From Neodothiora populina (taxonomy: Eukaryota): a DNA stretch of 64,000 nt. Location: NCBI RefSeq assembly GCF_041146345.1, contig NW_027191409.1:1302001-1366000 (forward strand), read 5' to 3'. The position numbers were made by a program, and so were the translations under genes. Numbering within the stretch: position 1 is the stretch's first letter; each line of letters opens with the position of its first letter. The notes under the pieces were generated by a model. That model did not search any database, was not told where the DNA came from, and was given only the letters and a program-made list of their open reading frames with translations. Positions 1-11,430 of the stretch are shown piece by piece.

Positions 1-2367
1 GCGCAGATCTCCCAGCCTACGCCTCTCAAGGAGAAGCTCAACGACTTCGGAGACATGCTCGCCAAGGTCATCACCGTCATCTGTATTCTGGTCTGGTTGA
101 TCAACATCCGTCATTTCAGCGACCCCAGCCACGGCTCTTTCGCCAAGGGCGCCATCTACTACCTCAAGATTGCCGTTTCTCTCGGTGTCGCTGCCATTCC
201 CGAAGGTCTCGCCGTTGTCATCACTACCTGTCTCGCTCTCGGAACCCGTAAGATGGCCGCCAAAAATGCCGTCGTCCGCAGCTTGCCCTCCGTCGAGACT
301 CTCGGAAGCTGCAGCGTCATCTGCTCTGACAAGACCGGAACCCTTACCACAAACCAGATGAGCGTGAACAAGGTCGTCTTTGTCAACGAGTCTGGCACTG
401 GCCTCGAAGAAATGCAGGTTGAAGGTACTAGCTTTGCTCCTGCTGGTGTTGTGTCTCTGAATGGAAAGCATGTCGAGAGCCCCGCTGCTGTTTATCCCAC
501 TGTCGCACAGATAACCGAAGTCGCCGCACTCTGCAACGATGCCAAAATCTCGTATGATGCCGAGAAGGGCGCTTACACAAATGTTGGCGAGCCTACCGAA
601 GGTGCTCTCAGAGTCCTGGCCGAGAAGATCGGAACTCGCGATGCAACCCACAACGCGAGCAAGGCCTCTGCTTCTCCCGAACAACTTCTCCACCACTCCA
701 GCGCACACTACGAAAAGCTTGCCAAGAGATTGTCCACCTATGAATTCTCCCGTGACAGGAAATCCATGTCGGTCTTGGTCGGTGACGGAACTACGCAGAG
801 GCTACTTGTCAAGGGTGCCCCTGAATCCATCCTTGATCGCTGCACTTACGTCCTCACGGGTACCGGTGGCAAGAGATCCGCAATGACTGAACAAATCGCC
901 TCGCTCCTCCAAAAGGAAGTTGTTGAATACGGTAGCCGTGGTCTTCGTATCATGGCACTTGCCAGTGTTGACAACGTCTCTACTCCTCTTGCCAAATCCG
1001 CCAAGACCTCCGCCGAATATCTCCAGCTCGAGCAGAACATGACTTTGCTCGGTCTGGTCGCAATGTTGGATCCCCCGAGACCCGAAGTCAAGGACAGCAT
1101 TCGCCTTTGCCGTAACGCCGGTATTCGCGTCATTGTCATCACTGGAGATAACCAAGCAACCGCCGAGACCATCTGTCGCCAGATTGGTGTCTTTGGCGAG
1201 AATGAGGATCTTACTGGCAAGTCTTTCACCGGTCGTCAATTTGATCAGCTTTCCGAGAGCGAGCAGCTTGAGGCAGCAAAGAAAGCATCCCTCTTCTCTC
1301 GCACCGAACCCAGCCACAAGGCCAAGCTCGTTGATCTCCTCCAGTCTACCGGTGAGGTCGTCGCCATGACTGGTGATGGTGTCAACGATGCCCCTGCTCT
1401 CAAGAAGTCTGATATTGGTGTCGCCATGGGCACTGGTACTGATGTTGCCAAGCTCGCCGCCGATATGGTTCTTGCAGATGACAACTTTGCCACGATCGAG
1501 GCCGCCGTCGAGGAAGGTCGCTCCATCTACAACAACACCCAGCAGTTCATCCGTTATCTCATCTCGTCCAACATCGGCGAGGTCGTGTCTATTTTCCTCA
1601 CTGCAGCGCTCGGCATGCCTGAGGCTTTGATTCCCGTGCAACTGCTCTGGGTCAACTTGGTTACCGATGGTCTCCCTGCCACCGCCCTCAGTTTCAACCC
1701 CAAGGATCATGATGTAATGAAGCGTCCCCCAAGAAAGAGAGATGAGCCTCTCGTCAGCGGCTGGTTGTTCTTCAGATACATGGTCATCGGCACTTATGTT
1801 GGTATTGCCACTGTTGGTGGCTACGCATGGTGGTTCATGTACGCAGCTCAGGGACCGCAGATCAGCTTTTACGAGTTGGTGAGTTTTTGTCCCTCCCTAA
1901 TCTTTCACCTACTATCCGTGCCGCACAACAAGATTGCTAACATGTTGGAATAGTCTCATTTCCACTCCTGCAAGAACTTCACCACAGGTCTCGACTGCTC
2001 GATCTTTGCATCCGAAACCTCCCGAACCGCATCGACCGTCTCTCTTTCTATTCTTGTTGTGATAGAGATGCTCAACGCGATGAACGCCCTGTCATCATCT
2101 GAATCCCTGCTCACCCTGCCCCTGTGGAAGAACATGATCTTGGTCTACGCCATCTGTCTCTCCATGGCCCTCCACTTTGCTCTGCTGTACATCCCCTTCC
2201 TGCAAGGCATTTTCGGCATCGTGCCGTTGGACATCGAGGGCTGGAAGGTCGTGTGTGTCTGGAGTGCGCCGATCATCCTCATCGATGAGGCACTCAAGTT
2301 CGTCGAGAGGAATTTCGTCATGGAGAAGGCTGGCGAGATTGGTCATGTTAGACCCAAGAAGGAGTAG
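1..2367 (+). CDS. nca-1: SERCA-type P2A Ca2+-transporting ATPase, 5' part outside the window; exons <1-1878 and 1954-2367
   Basis: Motifs [16 protein letters not shown] (phospho-Asp), [23 protein letters not shown] and [17 protein letters not shown]. The frame is open from base 1. Intron 1879-1953 (GTGAGT...GCTAAC...TAG) joins in frame to SHFHSC...[16 protein letters not shown]. Confidence 0.97.
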
Positions 2368-4468
2368 AAGGCGTATCTCTTGTCTGTTGGTTCCGCCTCT
2401 CCGAAAAGAGAAGAACAATGGCAAGAAGGAGAAACCCACGTAAGAGCAGAGGGCCAAATCACAGGATATAGAAAAGGGAACCGAGCGAGCGCTCCTTGAA
2501 CTCTCACGGGAACACCATTCTTTCAGCAGAGCTTGACTCCCGCTACTTGGGCTTCATTATAACGCCAATCAACTGATCTCGACGGACTGACTTGAAAACG
2601 AATGGGCTAGAGGATCCTCAGAGAAACAGTTAAATCACCCTTTTATATAGACGTTGCTCCTTGTTTTTCCTTTTCTTGTTTCCTTTTGTCTTCTGGTAGA
2701 TATCCAATCAACAAATATACGCGAATTAAAAAAATAGACTCCTCTTTGTCTCTTGGTACCGCTTTTCAATTCGGTGGACTTTGGCTCCCTAGTCGACTAC
2801 TCTGCAGATAGAGTACGAGGGAGTGCGAGGTGTTGCTTACCTTGCCTGGTAGTCGCCTGTACTTGTCGGCCAGGGAAGCGTAGCGTTGCGCGAGAAAGAC
2901 AAGGTGGCTCTTTACTTGGTTGCTCAGGAACGTGCTCTGTTAAGTTTATGGCGCCAGTACTCATGCGAGATGCACGACATACATGGCTGCAAGAAGGAAT
3001 ATACATAAGGTAGGCACTCAGTACAAGATCCATACACACCTAGCTATCTTACGCACAGGTCCGCAGTATCCACACGCACGGCAGTGCTAACGAAAGTCAA
3101 AGGGCTTAAGAAGAACAAGCAGACGACCAAAGGTGAGATGGCCAAGTAATCACCCACCACATAAGCGGATCGTCCCTGGCTACCTTCTCTTCTCTGTTGT
3201 TCTCCGTCTCTTGCTCCGCCTTTGCTTTGGACATCTCGGAGACATCTGAAATGGAATGAAAGGAGAAACACTAATCAGAGAAGTTTGGGGAATGGTGAGT
3301 GTATGTATCTGTTGATGAATATAGGATGGGATAGGGGAAAACCTCCATATCCATGGATATGTAATGCAGCAGACGAGCGTATCTACGACAGACGAGTTAT
3401 CTGTGTAGGTAGTGGTTTCCTAGCGGGAACGGAGGAGATATCTGGTTGCAGAATGCGAGAGCAGGCGACAAGCAAACAGGTCGATACATCTCGGGCAACA
3501 AGACTATTCACCTACGTTCTTACCGTTGCACCTATCCACTTACTTACCGAGCTCCTCTGGTTCCTTCGACTCGGAACAGACGTGTCGATGTGCACGAGCG
3601 GGGAGAAGGATGTGGAATGGAATGGCTCTTGGATTTATATGTCCTGACGATATCGGCCTTGGACAGCGACTTGAGAAAGGGGATAATTAGTATCGAGGCA
3701 GAGAAGATTATCTGCATATCTTTCACGTCGAAGGCGGCTGTACATGAAGTGTAGAGTCTGGTAGTCATGTCCTAGTTCTCAGGTTGGGCAGATCCAACAT
3801 GTCAGATCAAGCATGTTTGAGCAATCAGATGCAGGACCTGGGCCGCTTTTCTGATGAAGCTGAATGGTTAGCGGCTGTGGAAGTGCAAGCGTTTGATCCC
3901 TTGGCTACGTTCTACCGACGATCTCATGGCGGTTGTGGGAAGTAAAGATGGGAGAGAGTAAAGGAAGTTATTCCTCCCTTTTGCATCGTGACTTGCTGCA
4001 GTCATCTTGGAACAAAACGAATATTAATGCTTCCTTCTTTCGATAGTTAGAGGTGCATATTTGCTTAATCTGTGTATTTCATTATTCGTCTCTCCGCTCT
4101 GTCTATCACTTCGTCGACAACTGCTGTGATGTGAACAGGCACAATGCATTCGCCCAATGGAATGGAAAGGAAAAGAGAATAAATAAGTTTTTGTATTTCG
4201 TTTGAAAAAAAAGACACGCCCCCTCCTTTTTTGCCATCCTGCCAAAGACAACAAAAAATGGCCAGCTGGGTCTATCGTAGCTGTCGTTTTTCTTTTATTG
4301 GTCCTTCTTTCTTCCGCCTTCCCTTTTCGTCTAGCTTCTCATGACAAATGCGCCGCCTGTGATGCATTTCATCAAATCTTTCCTATTGAGTGGCACTTCT
4401 CTCGATGTCACAAACAGCAAGAGACACGGCGCAAGAGACAGAGAAAATGCTCAGGTCCACCGGGCAGT

Positions 4469-5841
4469 CTAGTCCAGGCCGACCTCGACGGGGGCGTTTC
4501 TGGCGACACGAGCAGGCTTGTATCCCATGCCCTTCTCGCGCTGGTCAGCATCGCGCAGCTCGTTCTCCTTGTCCTTGATGTAGTTTGCCTTTTCCTGTCG
4601 GATGACGTGCAAGACACCCTGGAGAGAAGAACGCCACATGTCAAGGCGCGAGGCGACTTCGCGCCACTGGTGCTCTCCGAAGACGCGGTAGGTCGCTCTG
4701 TGCACAAGGAAGGACTTGTCTGACTGGCTGAGGCGGCCCTCGACAAGTCCGCTGCGGATGCCATCAATAGCCCACATCTCGACGTCTTCGCTGGGGATCT
4801 GGAGGGCCTTGGCGATGGTGGAGTAAGGGAGCGTGCGGGTCTGTCCTGCACCTGCTGCCAGAGAAGCAAGAGTCAAGAGACGCATCTTGCGCTCGAGAAC
4901 GTCGTCGTCGAGCTTCTGGGAAGAGAGAAAGTCGGAGTTTGCCTCGCAAAAGTCACGGAAGTCATCGAGTTGATCGGCGTTGAAGATTTCGAGGAGCTCA
5001 AAGGCGACGGGGTCGGATTTGCGCAGAGCCTGGATGGAGTCGAGCGAGGTCAAGTCTTGGAAGTCGAAGTGGGTGGGGAACTGGAGAGCGCTCTTGAGGG
5101 CGCGCAGAGACAACTCGCGGGCTTCGGCGCTCGAGGCCTCCTCGGCGCCTTGAAGAGTGCGCAGAGCGGTCAGGAGGTATTGGTATCCTTGCTCTTCCTC
5201 GGCGCTGTCGTTGGCTACATCGGCAATGGCAAGGTACAACTTTCGCTGGTCTTCACCGTCCATCTCCCACGACTCGAGCCAAGACTGGAGGTTCTGGAGT
5301 TGGGGACGGAGCTGCTCGAAGGTGGCAGTGCTGTTGCGCACAATCTTGAGGATGGCGAGGAGGACATGGTAGCGGCTCTCGTCGGTGGGAGGGAGAGTGT
5401 TGAAGACCGTGCTGAGTGCGTTGAGGGCAAGTCCGACGCTGTTGAAGGGAGAAGAAGTAATGGGCGACGCGAGATTTCGGCAGATGGGAGGGAGGAAAGT
5501 CTCTGTGTTGCCGTGGAGGGTGACGAGGTGGATGAGGAGGTTGTATGCGGCGAGGAGCTCTGTGCGTGCGAGGGTTGGTTAATAGACTGTCTCTGCATCT
5601 GCATTCTCAACGGGTTCAACACACCTCTCTCCGGTGCGCTGTTCAGCACGCTGCTCGCAGTCACGACCTTCTTGAGCGCATCCTCCTGCTTTCCCTCCTG
5701 GAGAAGAGGTGCGACCTCTGACTGTAGCGAAGACTGCTGCTGGCCTTGTGCGGTGTTCAGCGAATCGATGTAGGTGGCGAGTTCGTCGCAGAGCTCTTCG
5801 AACGAGCCCTCGATGAGGAGCGTGTTTGACGGAGCCGGCAT
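4469..5841 (-). CDS. eif3m: Translation initiation factor 3 subunit M (PCI domain); exons 5841-5625 and 5559-4469
   Basis: N-terminus MPAPSNTLLIEGSFEELCDELATYID. Intron 5624-5560 (GTGTGT...CAG) gives APERE-LLAAYNLLIHL. C-terminal PCI-like region RKMRLLTLASLA...VEMWAIDGIRSGLVEGRLSQ...FGEHQWREV. Confidence 0.92.
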
Positions 5842-6197
5842 CTTTGATGTGAGTAGTTGATGGGTGAGATGGTGCTTTTATCAATTAATTCCTCAAATAT
5901 CAGACGTCGCTGTTCTGCTTCTCTGCTCCTGCCGAACCCTCCAAAGTTGCGTCTCTTGGCGTTGACTGCCACTTTCCACTTGCACTTCGTCAAAACCAAA
6001 AATCCGAAAATATCACTTTGGAAATCTTGGCAGTCTTTTCCTTCGTCTGGACATTCTTATCTTATCGCCATTTGTGCAGACACACCCGACTCGACGCGCC
6101 AAGATTTCATGTTTGTCCAATCCATTCGTGACATAGCTGTGATATTGCCTAGTATACGCGCTCCTTCCCCATCACGTGATAGAACTCATCACATCCT

Positions 6198-6292
6198 GGC
6201 GCGATGGCCGAGCGGTCTAAGGCGATAGACTAGAACTTGATTCCCGACATCTATTATCTTCGGATGCGCAGGTTCAAATCCTGCTCGCGTCG
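6198..6292 (+). tRNA. tRNA-Ser(AGA) with a 13-nt intron (6236-6248)
   Basis: Acceptor stem GGCGCGA/TCGCGTC with discriminator G. D arm TGGCCGAGCGGTCTAAGGC. Anticodon stem ATAGA/TCTAT, loop CT-AGA-A-[intron]-A. Long variable arm ATC-TTCG-GAT. T arm GCAGG-TTCAAAT-CCTGC. T-runs downstream fit a Pol III terminator. Confidence 0.95.
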
Positions 6293-8383
6293 ACATTTCT
6301 TTTGTTTTTGTCTCTGCACACGTCGACCAGCTGATGTTTCTGTCAAGCGCGAATGTTGGGCACGAAAGCTGCCTGTAGAGCAATTGTATCTTGCTCGAGC
6401 ACATACAGTAACAGTGCCGCATAAACGAGCTGAGACATGGACGTTGTCAAGTCACCGGATCATCAACAGTGACTGACCTCTCATACGATAACAAAGCCAA
6501 TCGCTTACAAACAACCCGCTTAGACATTGCTATACCAGTATCATGACCAGGATTGCCTGGCTTCTGGACATACTGACCATATTAGGCTGGGGTCACTTCT
6601 CCGACCTGCTAAAGGAAGGTGGGGTCACCTTTTGTAAGAACGTGACCCCAAATACCCGATGCAAATTCTTTTCGTTTCATATATCGTTAAAGCATGTCGT
6701 TACTAGCATGTCACCGTTCCATTAGGATATAGGCCTTCAGGCAGACTTTGCTCAAGCTCAAGTATCATGGTCACACTAAGCGAAAGTGCGAATGACCGCA
6801 AAAGAACACCTTCCATAAACCATGCTAATGGGTATGAAACAGCAGCGAGGCAGAAGAGCAGACTTCGAATACGCACGACGTGTAAGAAGCACATGAAGGG
6901 TGTAGGAGTGACGCCCCATGAGCACGAGGACGCTAGGCGATGGCACATGATATGCGCGTGCAGCATCCCTGGGTCCTTGGATCACTCTTTGTATTGTGGT
7001 CACTATAAGAAATGGCCTGCACCATCATCTATGATTCTCCTCACGTCCTTACAGGCTGATTCAAGCAGAGCGCTTCTAAATCTTGTCGGAACAAAACTTG
7101 GTTGAAGGACATAGCCTTGCCATTTTCTTCTCAGTCCGGCCACACTTCTCACCACCTGAGCGGTCAGACTGTACTGTATAGATAGACAAAGCACTGACAG
7201 ACATGGACGATCTTGAGAAGCAATATCAAGTACTCGAAAGGATCATGGGTCCGAAGATGCCAACTCCTCTCCATCCCCTGTATATCATCCTATTGACTCG
7301 TCCTAGGCTACGCTGCTCAGATATGGCCGCATGTCAAAGATGTAGAACTGTCAATCCTGCCAAGAATCACAGCAGATTACAACATCCACGTCGTAACCGG
7401 TCTCGCGCATGCATCGGCCAACGACCCCGACACCAATACTTGCCACTGGGCTGTAGAATCCGAGGAGTCACCTACCATGCTCGCGGCCATGGAAGATCTG
7501 TTATGTCGCACTCGCAGACTCGTCCCTTCGGCGAGCAATTGCCGTGGTGTCAGTACGTAAATTGAACGACGTTGCTTGCTCGTCGTTGAGCTGACCAGCA
7601 AAGCTCTGTGTGTTTGACGAGATGTACAGACCATGGACGGCTCTCGATCTACCAAAGCTTGACGACGTCCTACTGCAACCTAAGTTCCAAAAGTTACCAA
7701 CGGGCATGCAGTTACCAATGTCTTCTTTTCCAGTCACGAGAAGCAGCATGAGCCCGATTGTTGCGGATATTCACAGTGGTCGAAAATGGTCTTTAATTCC
7801 GTCTGGAAGCATAAGAACGGGAAGGGAAAGGCGCCAGAGATGCTGACATTGTGCTGTCCTTGAGCCTGTCAAAGCGACCTCTTTGCTTGCCTAGACTATG
7901 GATGCTGTTAACTAAATATGGGTGACGTTTGAAGAGCATCTCGTGCCTAACGGTATTACCAACGGCCAGGTCATGCACGAGGAGAGTATTCATGATAAGC
8001 CTCACGGGTCACATATGGTTCCTATCAATGTCGGCAGTATGAACATTATGATTACATTGATTGGATAATGTCAGTCTTACTATAGCATCTGTAGACGGGA
8101 TCTTTCTGTCCTGGCGATTTGATGTAGTATATCTCTTGAAAGTTGACGACAAATGGCCCTTACATAGCACTCACACAAAGTGCAAGAGCGGACGATTGGA
8201 CCTTCTCAATGTCATCCCCATACACAAAGTTCTCCCTGAGGACTATAATACTTCCAATGTCAACGTCCTCTTCCTGAAGATCGGAGCACTATACACCACA
8301 CACCGTATCATTTTAGAAAACATATTCAGCCCCTTACATTCACTACAAGGCTACTCTCGTAAACCAACCCAGCAAGTCAAACC

Positions 8384-9219
8384 ATGATTCGCTTACACCA
8401 AAACAACCACAACCAGATTGCCCTCCGTCCGAACCAAGACATCAACAACAAGAGAGACAACCCGACGCACTGCAGGCACGGCACGATGGCATCCGTCGCC
8501 AAGGAAGGCGGGTGTCTCCGATCGCACACAGGGAAGATCCTGAGGTCGCCGCTCCTCTAATGCAGGCGATTGATGAGCCTCGAAGCGAAGAACAGATCCA
8601 AGCGAACAACATGTTCGTCGGAGTTGTGCATCTCATCAGACTTGCGCAAGAACGTGTCCGAGCTCGACAACAGCGTGAGCGTGCTCGACCAGAGCAACAG
8701 AACGAGGATGCAAACATTGGAGCAGGGGACGAACCTCCAGCTCCTCGAAACAGGTTTCCCAAGGGCCCTGATCCTGAAAACCCGCCCTTGACAGTATAGG
8801 GACAGCACAAGGCGTCGTCTGACAATCGCTTCATCAGTGATAGAGAGGTCAAGGACCAGCAGCAGCCCGAAGCCCAAGAGCTTGATGCCATACAGGAACA
8901 CAGCATGAGCGAGGACCTCTTCCCGGCACATCCAATAGCGCCGAGTCGGACCTCAATCGCTCAACGTCCTGTCCGTTCAGGCAGGGTCCGCTCTCAACAG
9001 ACTCGGCAAGTCATGGGGGAAAGGACGTGTACAGAGCTGGGGTTGGCTAGGAAGACGGATACTCGACCGATAGAACGCAGATGGAATCACGGATGGAGAA
9101 CGCCAAGAGGTCCAGGAGGTCATCTGCAGGGTGCGAGTCGTCATCGACGTAAGGTCGGCTGTCCTAAGAACTGCTGTTGCACGGAGGACTACCTCGAGTA
9201 TGACGATGATGCATGGTGA
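8384..9219 (+). pseudogene. Disrupted orphan gene, about 278 codons, Q/E/P/R-rich, with a Cys-containing C-terminus
   Basis: One frame runs 8386-9219, broken only by TAG at 8797-8799; ORFs 8512-8799 and 8905-9219 share that frame. An ATG in good context (CAAACCATG, 8384) is one base out of frame. Confidence 0.5.
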
Positions 9220-9234
9220 TTGTGATGGAGAAGG

Positions 9235-9571
9235 TCAGTGGACGAATGAGGTCCCTTTCATTCGTTTCTGTATACTTTCATTGAGCCATCTTTGATCAAT
9301 TTCATTTTGGCAAATAGGGCTGTGAGTACACGGTCCTGAGTCCGGTGGCGGTTGATGTGCGAGTAGACGATCAATCCAATCCATGTGCAGCTGAAGCTCA
9401 CACTCTGTACAGTCTATCAAATCAGATCCGGGTAGCTACACTTGCAGCTTCGGCGATGTTGAAGCAAATTGAGTATGATAGCACTCCAGGTGTATGTGTG
9501 GATCTATAACCGTCTCCATAATCCACACCAGACACCACAATCACACCGCACGTTTTCGCAGAGTCATCCAT
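9235..9571 (-). pseudogene. Degenerate C4HC3-type RING-finger gene remnant
   Basis: YSIC...(stop and frameshift at 9421-9424)...CTEC-x4-H-x2-W...SPIC. The three missing Cys ligands (TAC, TGG, AGC) are each one substitution from a Cys codon. Confidence 0.45.
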
Positions 9572-9765
9572 AGGGAAGCTCACCACGCCTTGGAAATCGA
9601 CAGGAAAGATGAGAAAGATCCGGAAGATGGTTCCCCCAAACAAAGCAGAAACCAGAAACAAGAAACGGTGATTTTCATTTCTTCAATGCACAACCGTCTT
9701 ATCTATAAAGAAAAGAAGACTCAACAGCAAGCTTCGCCAGAGGTATATAGATGCATCTACCCGGA

Positions 9766-9922
9766 TCAAGGAGTAGTCGTGACATGCGACGGAGGAGTAG
9801 AAGAATACCTTCCTGTATCCTCGACTCCAAAAGTGAATTTCTTAGCTTGAATCCCCTGCCGCCCGGCGCCTGCATCTCCGCCTCCTACCGGACTTCTAGG
9901 ACTTAACGGCAGGGCGAAGAGA

Positions 9923-9953
<31 letters not shown>

Positions 9954-11430
9954 GTTGTGATTGGTCCCGCCGCCGCTGGAGCGGATCTGATACCGCAGTA
10001 GGGGTAAAGGGAGCAGGAGCGCGAAACTGCACTTCTGAGCTCGAGGCCGCTGGTAGTGGTGCCGCGAAGGCGTTCAGAGAGCCCATTGACCCACTTGCGT
10101 TATTTGCGCTGCTGGCCCCGCTGAGGGTTGATGTGGATAGGAAGGAGGAGTGGTTGTCGTGCCGCTGTTGTTCTAGCAGTATGCTTTCTGGTGGGGCTAT
10201 CGTGCGCATCGCTGGCGTAGAGGCTTGTGAGGATGGCGGTTGAGGTGGTTTTGCTGCCAGTGAGTCTCGTGTTTGGGATGGCGTCGTGTTGTTGTGGAGG
10301 TTTGCGAAGGACGTCCATGATACGGCTACATCTGATGTTTCTGGAGATAGGGGGTTGTGCTCGTTGTTTGCTGCTGGGAATGTTGTCGTCGAGGCTTGGT
10401 CCGGGTCTGTTGGTGGTGACGTACCTGGCTGTGAGGAGGCGGAGTAAGAGGATCCTTTGAGGTCGGACTCGCCTGTCGCGAGCTTGAGACCCTTGAGCTT
10501 TTCAAACAAGGGCCCTCTGCCGGGAGACTTTGGTGACGTGGGACTATGTAGATGTGGTCCATTCTGCCCTCCTGGTGTCGAGGATAGCGGAGACTGGCTC
10601 GCGGTCGGCGGCAGACTAATGCTCTTGGGCTTCGTCTTGATGCCAAAGTTTTGCTCTATCCAGTCGCGTTCTTGAATCGCGAGCGTCAGGCTGATGCTCT
10701 CCGGATTGTGGATTTCCTCATTCTCAATCTCCGCCGCGAGACTCTGCAGTCGCTTCTTGGCCCATACGGTATGCAGGACTCCACGCTTGCCTGATGCACG
10801 CGCAGAGTTGCCCAACGCCGCTGGGTATATGGCCGGTAAAGGATGAGTGCGCCAGACTATCTTCTCGGTACCGCCTCCTTCATTAGTGCCGACCAGGGTC
10901 AAGACGACTGTGCCCGGAACCCTGGCCCATTGCGGCAGCAGGAAATAGAGTCTGTGCAATTGTGGACAGCCATTGCCCGATTTGTCTGTTGAAGCATCAG
11001 TCGGCACCACGGCTGCCGCGGTCTTGCCATCCCATCCCACCGTCCACTGTCCTGAGATTGAAGCAGTATTTGCGTCTTCCTCCCACTCGACCATCAACAC
11101 TTTGGTGCCGACGTTGCGGGGATCGTGGCTGTCGAGACGCTCAAACTCAAATCGGGCAAGAGCATTACCCGAGGTGAGGGAAGGTGACTCGACATCATCA
11201 TAGTCCGGGGTAGGAGGGAAAGGAGTGAAAGAGGTATTGTTGTTGTTGCTGTTGTTAGAAGCCTTCACCGAAATGGCTGACGCCGAAGAGTAATGACCTG
11301 GAGTGATGGTTGACGAAGTATTCGAGTCGTTGTTTGGTGACACTGGGGAAATGATGGCTGCATCAGCCGGTTGTGGGGCTGTTGTTGTTCGAATCGGCGG
11401 GAGGGGCTGTGGTGAGGTTGAAGTTGTCAT
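9766..11430 (-). CDS. Fungal hypothetical protein, about 554 aa, low-complexity flanks around a conserved-looking core
   Basis: Long uninterrupted ORF with first ATG at 11430. Ordered core GTKVLMVEWE...HPLPAIYP...GKRGVLHTVWAKKRLQSL...WIEQNFG. Poly-E run followed by LFALPLSPRSP near the C-terminus. Confidence 0.85.

Noticed and set aside
802..1710. Long antisense ORFs (802-1710, 4970-5773, 26072-26824, 29355-30143, 45809-46465, 55529-56467, 57668-58615)
   Set aside because: They are shadows of codon-biased genes on the opposite strand and show no independent motifs.
6198..6292. Reading the tRNA as Leu(TAG) from the CTAGA sequence
   Set aside because: The ATAGA/TCTAT stem places AGA at anticodon positions 34-36, and discriminator G fits Ser.
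7203..8005. Short ORFs as transposase or reverse-transcriptase fragments
   Set aside because: No DDE, RT, integrase or gag motifs, and no terminal repeats recognisable by eye.
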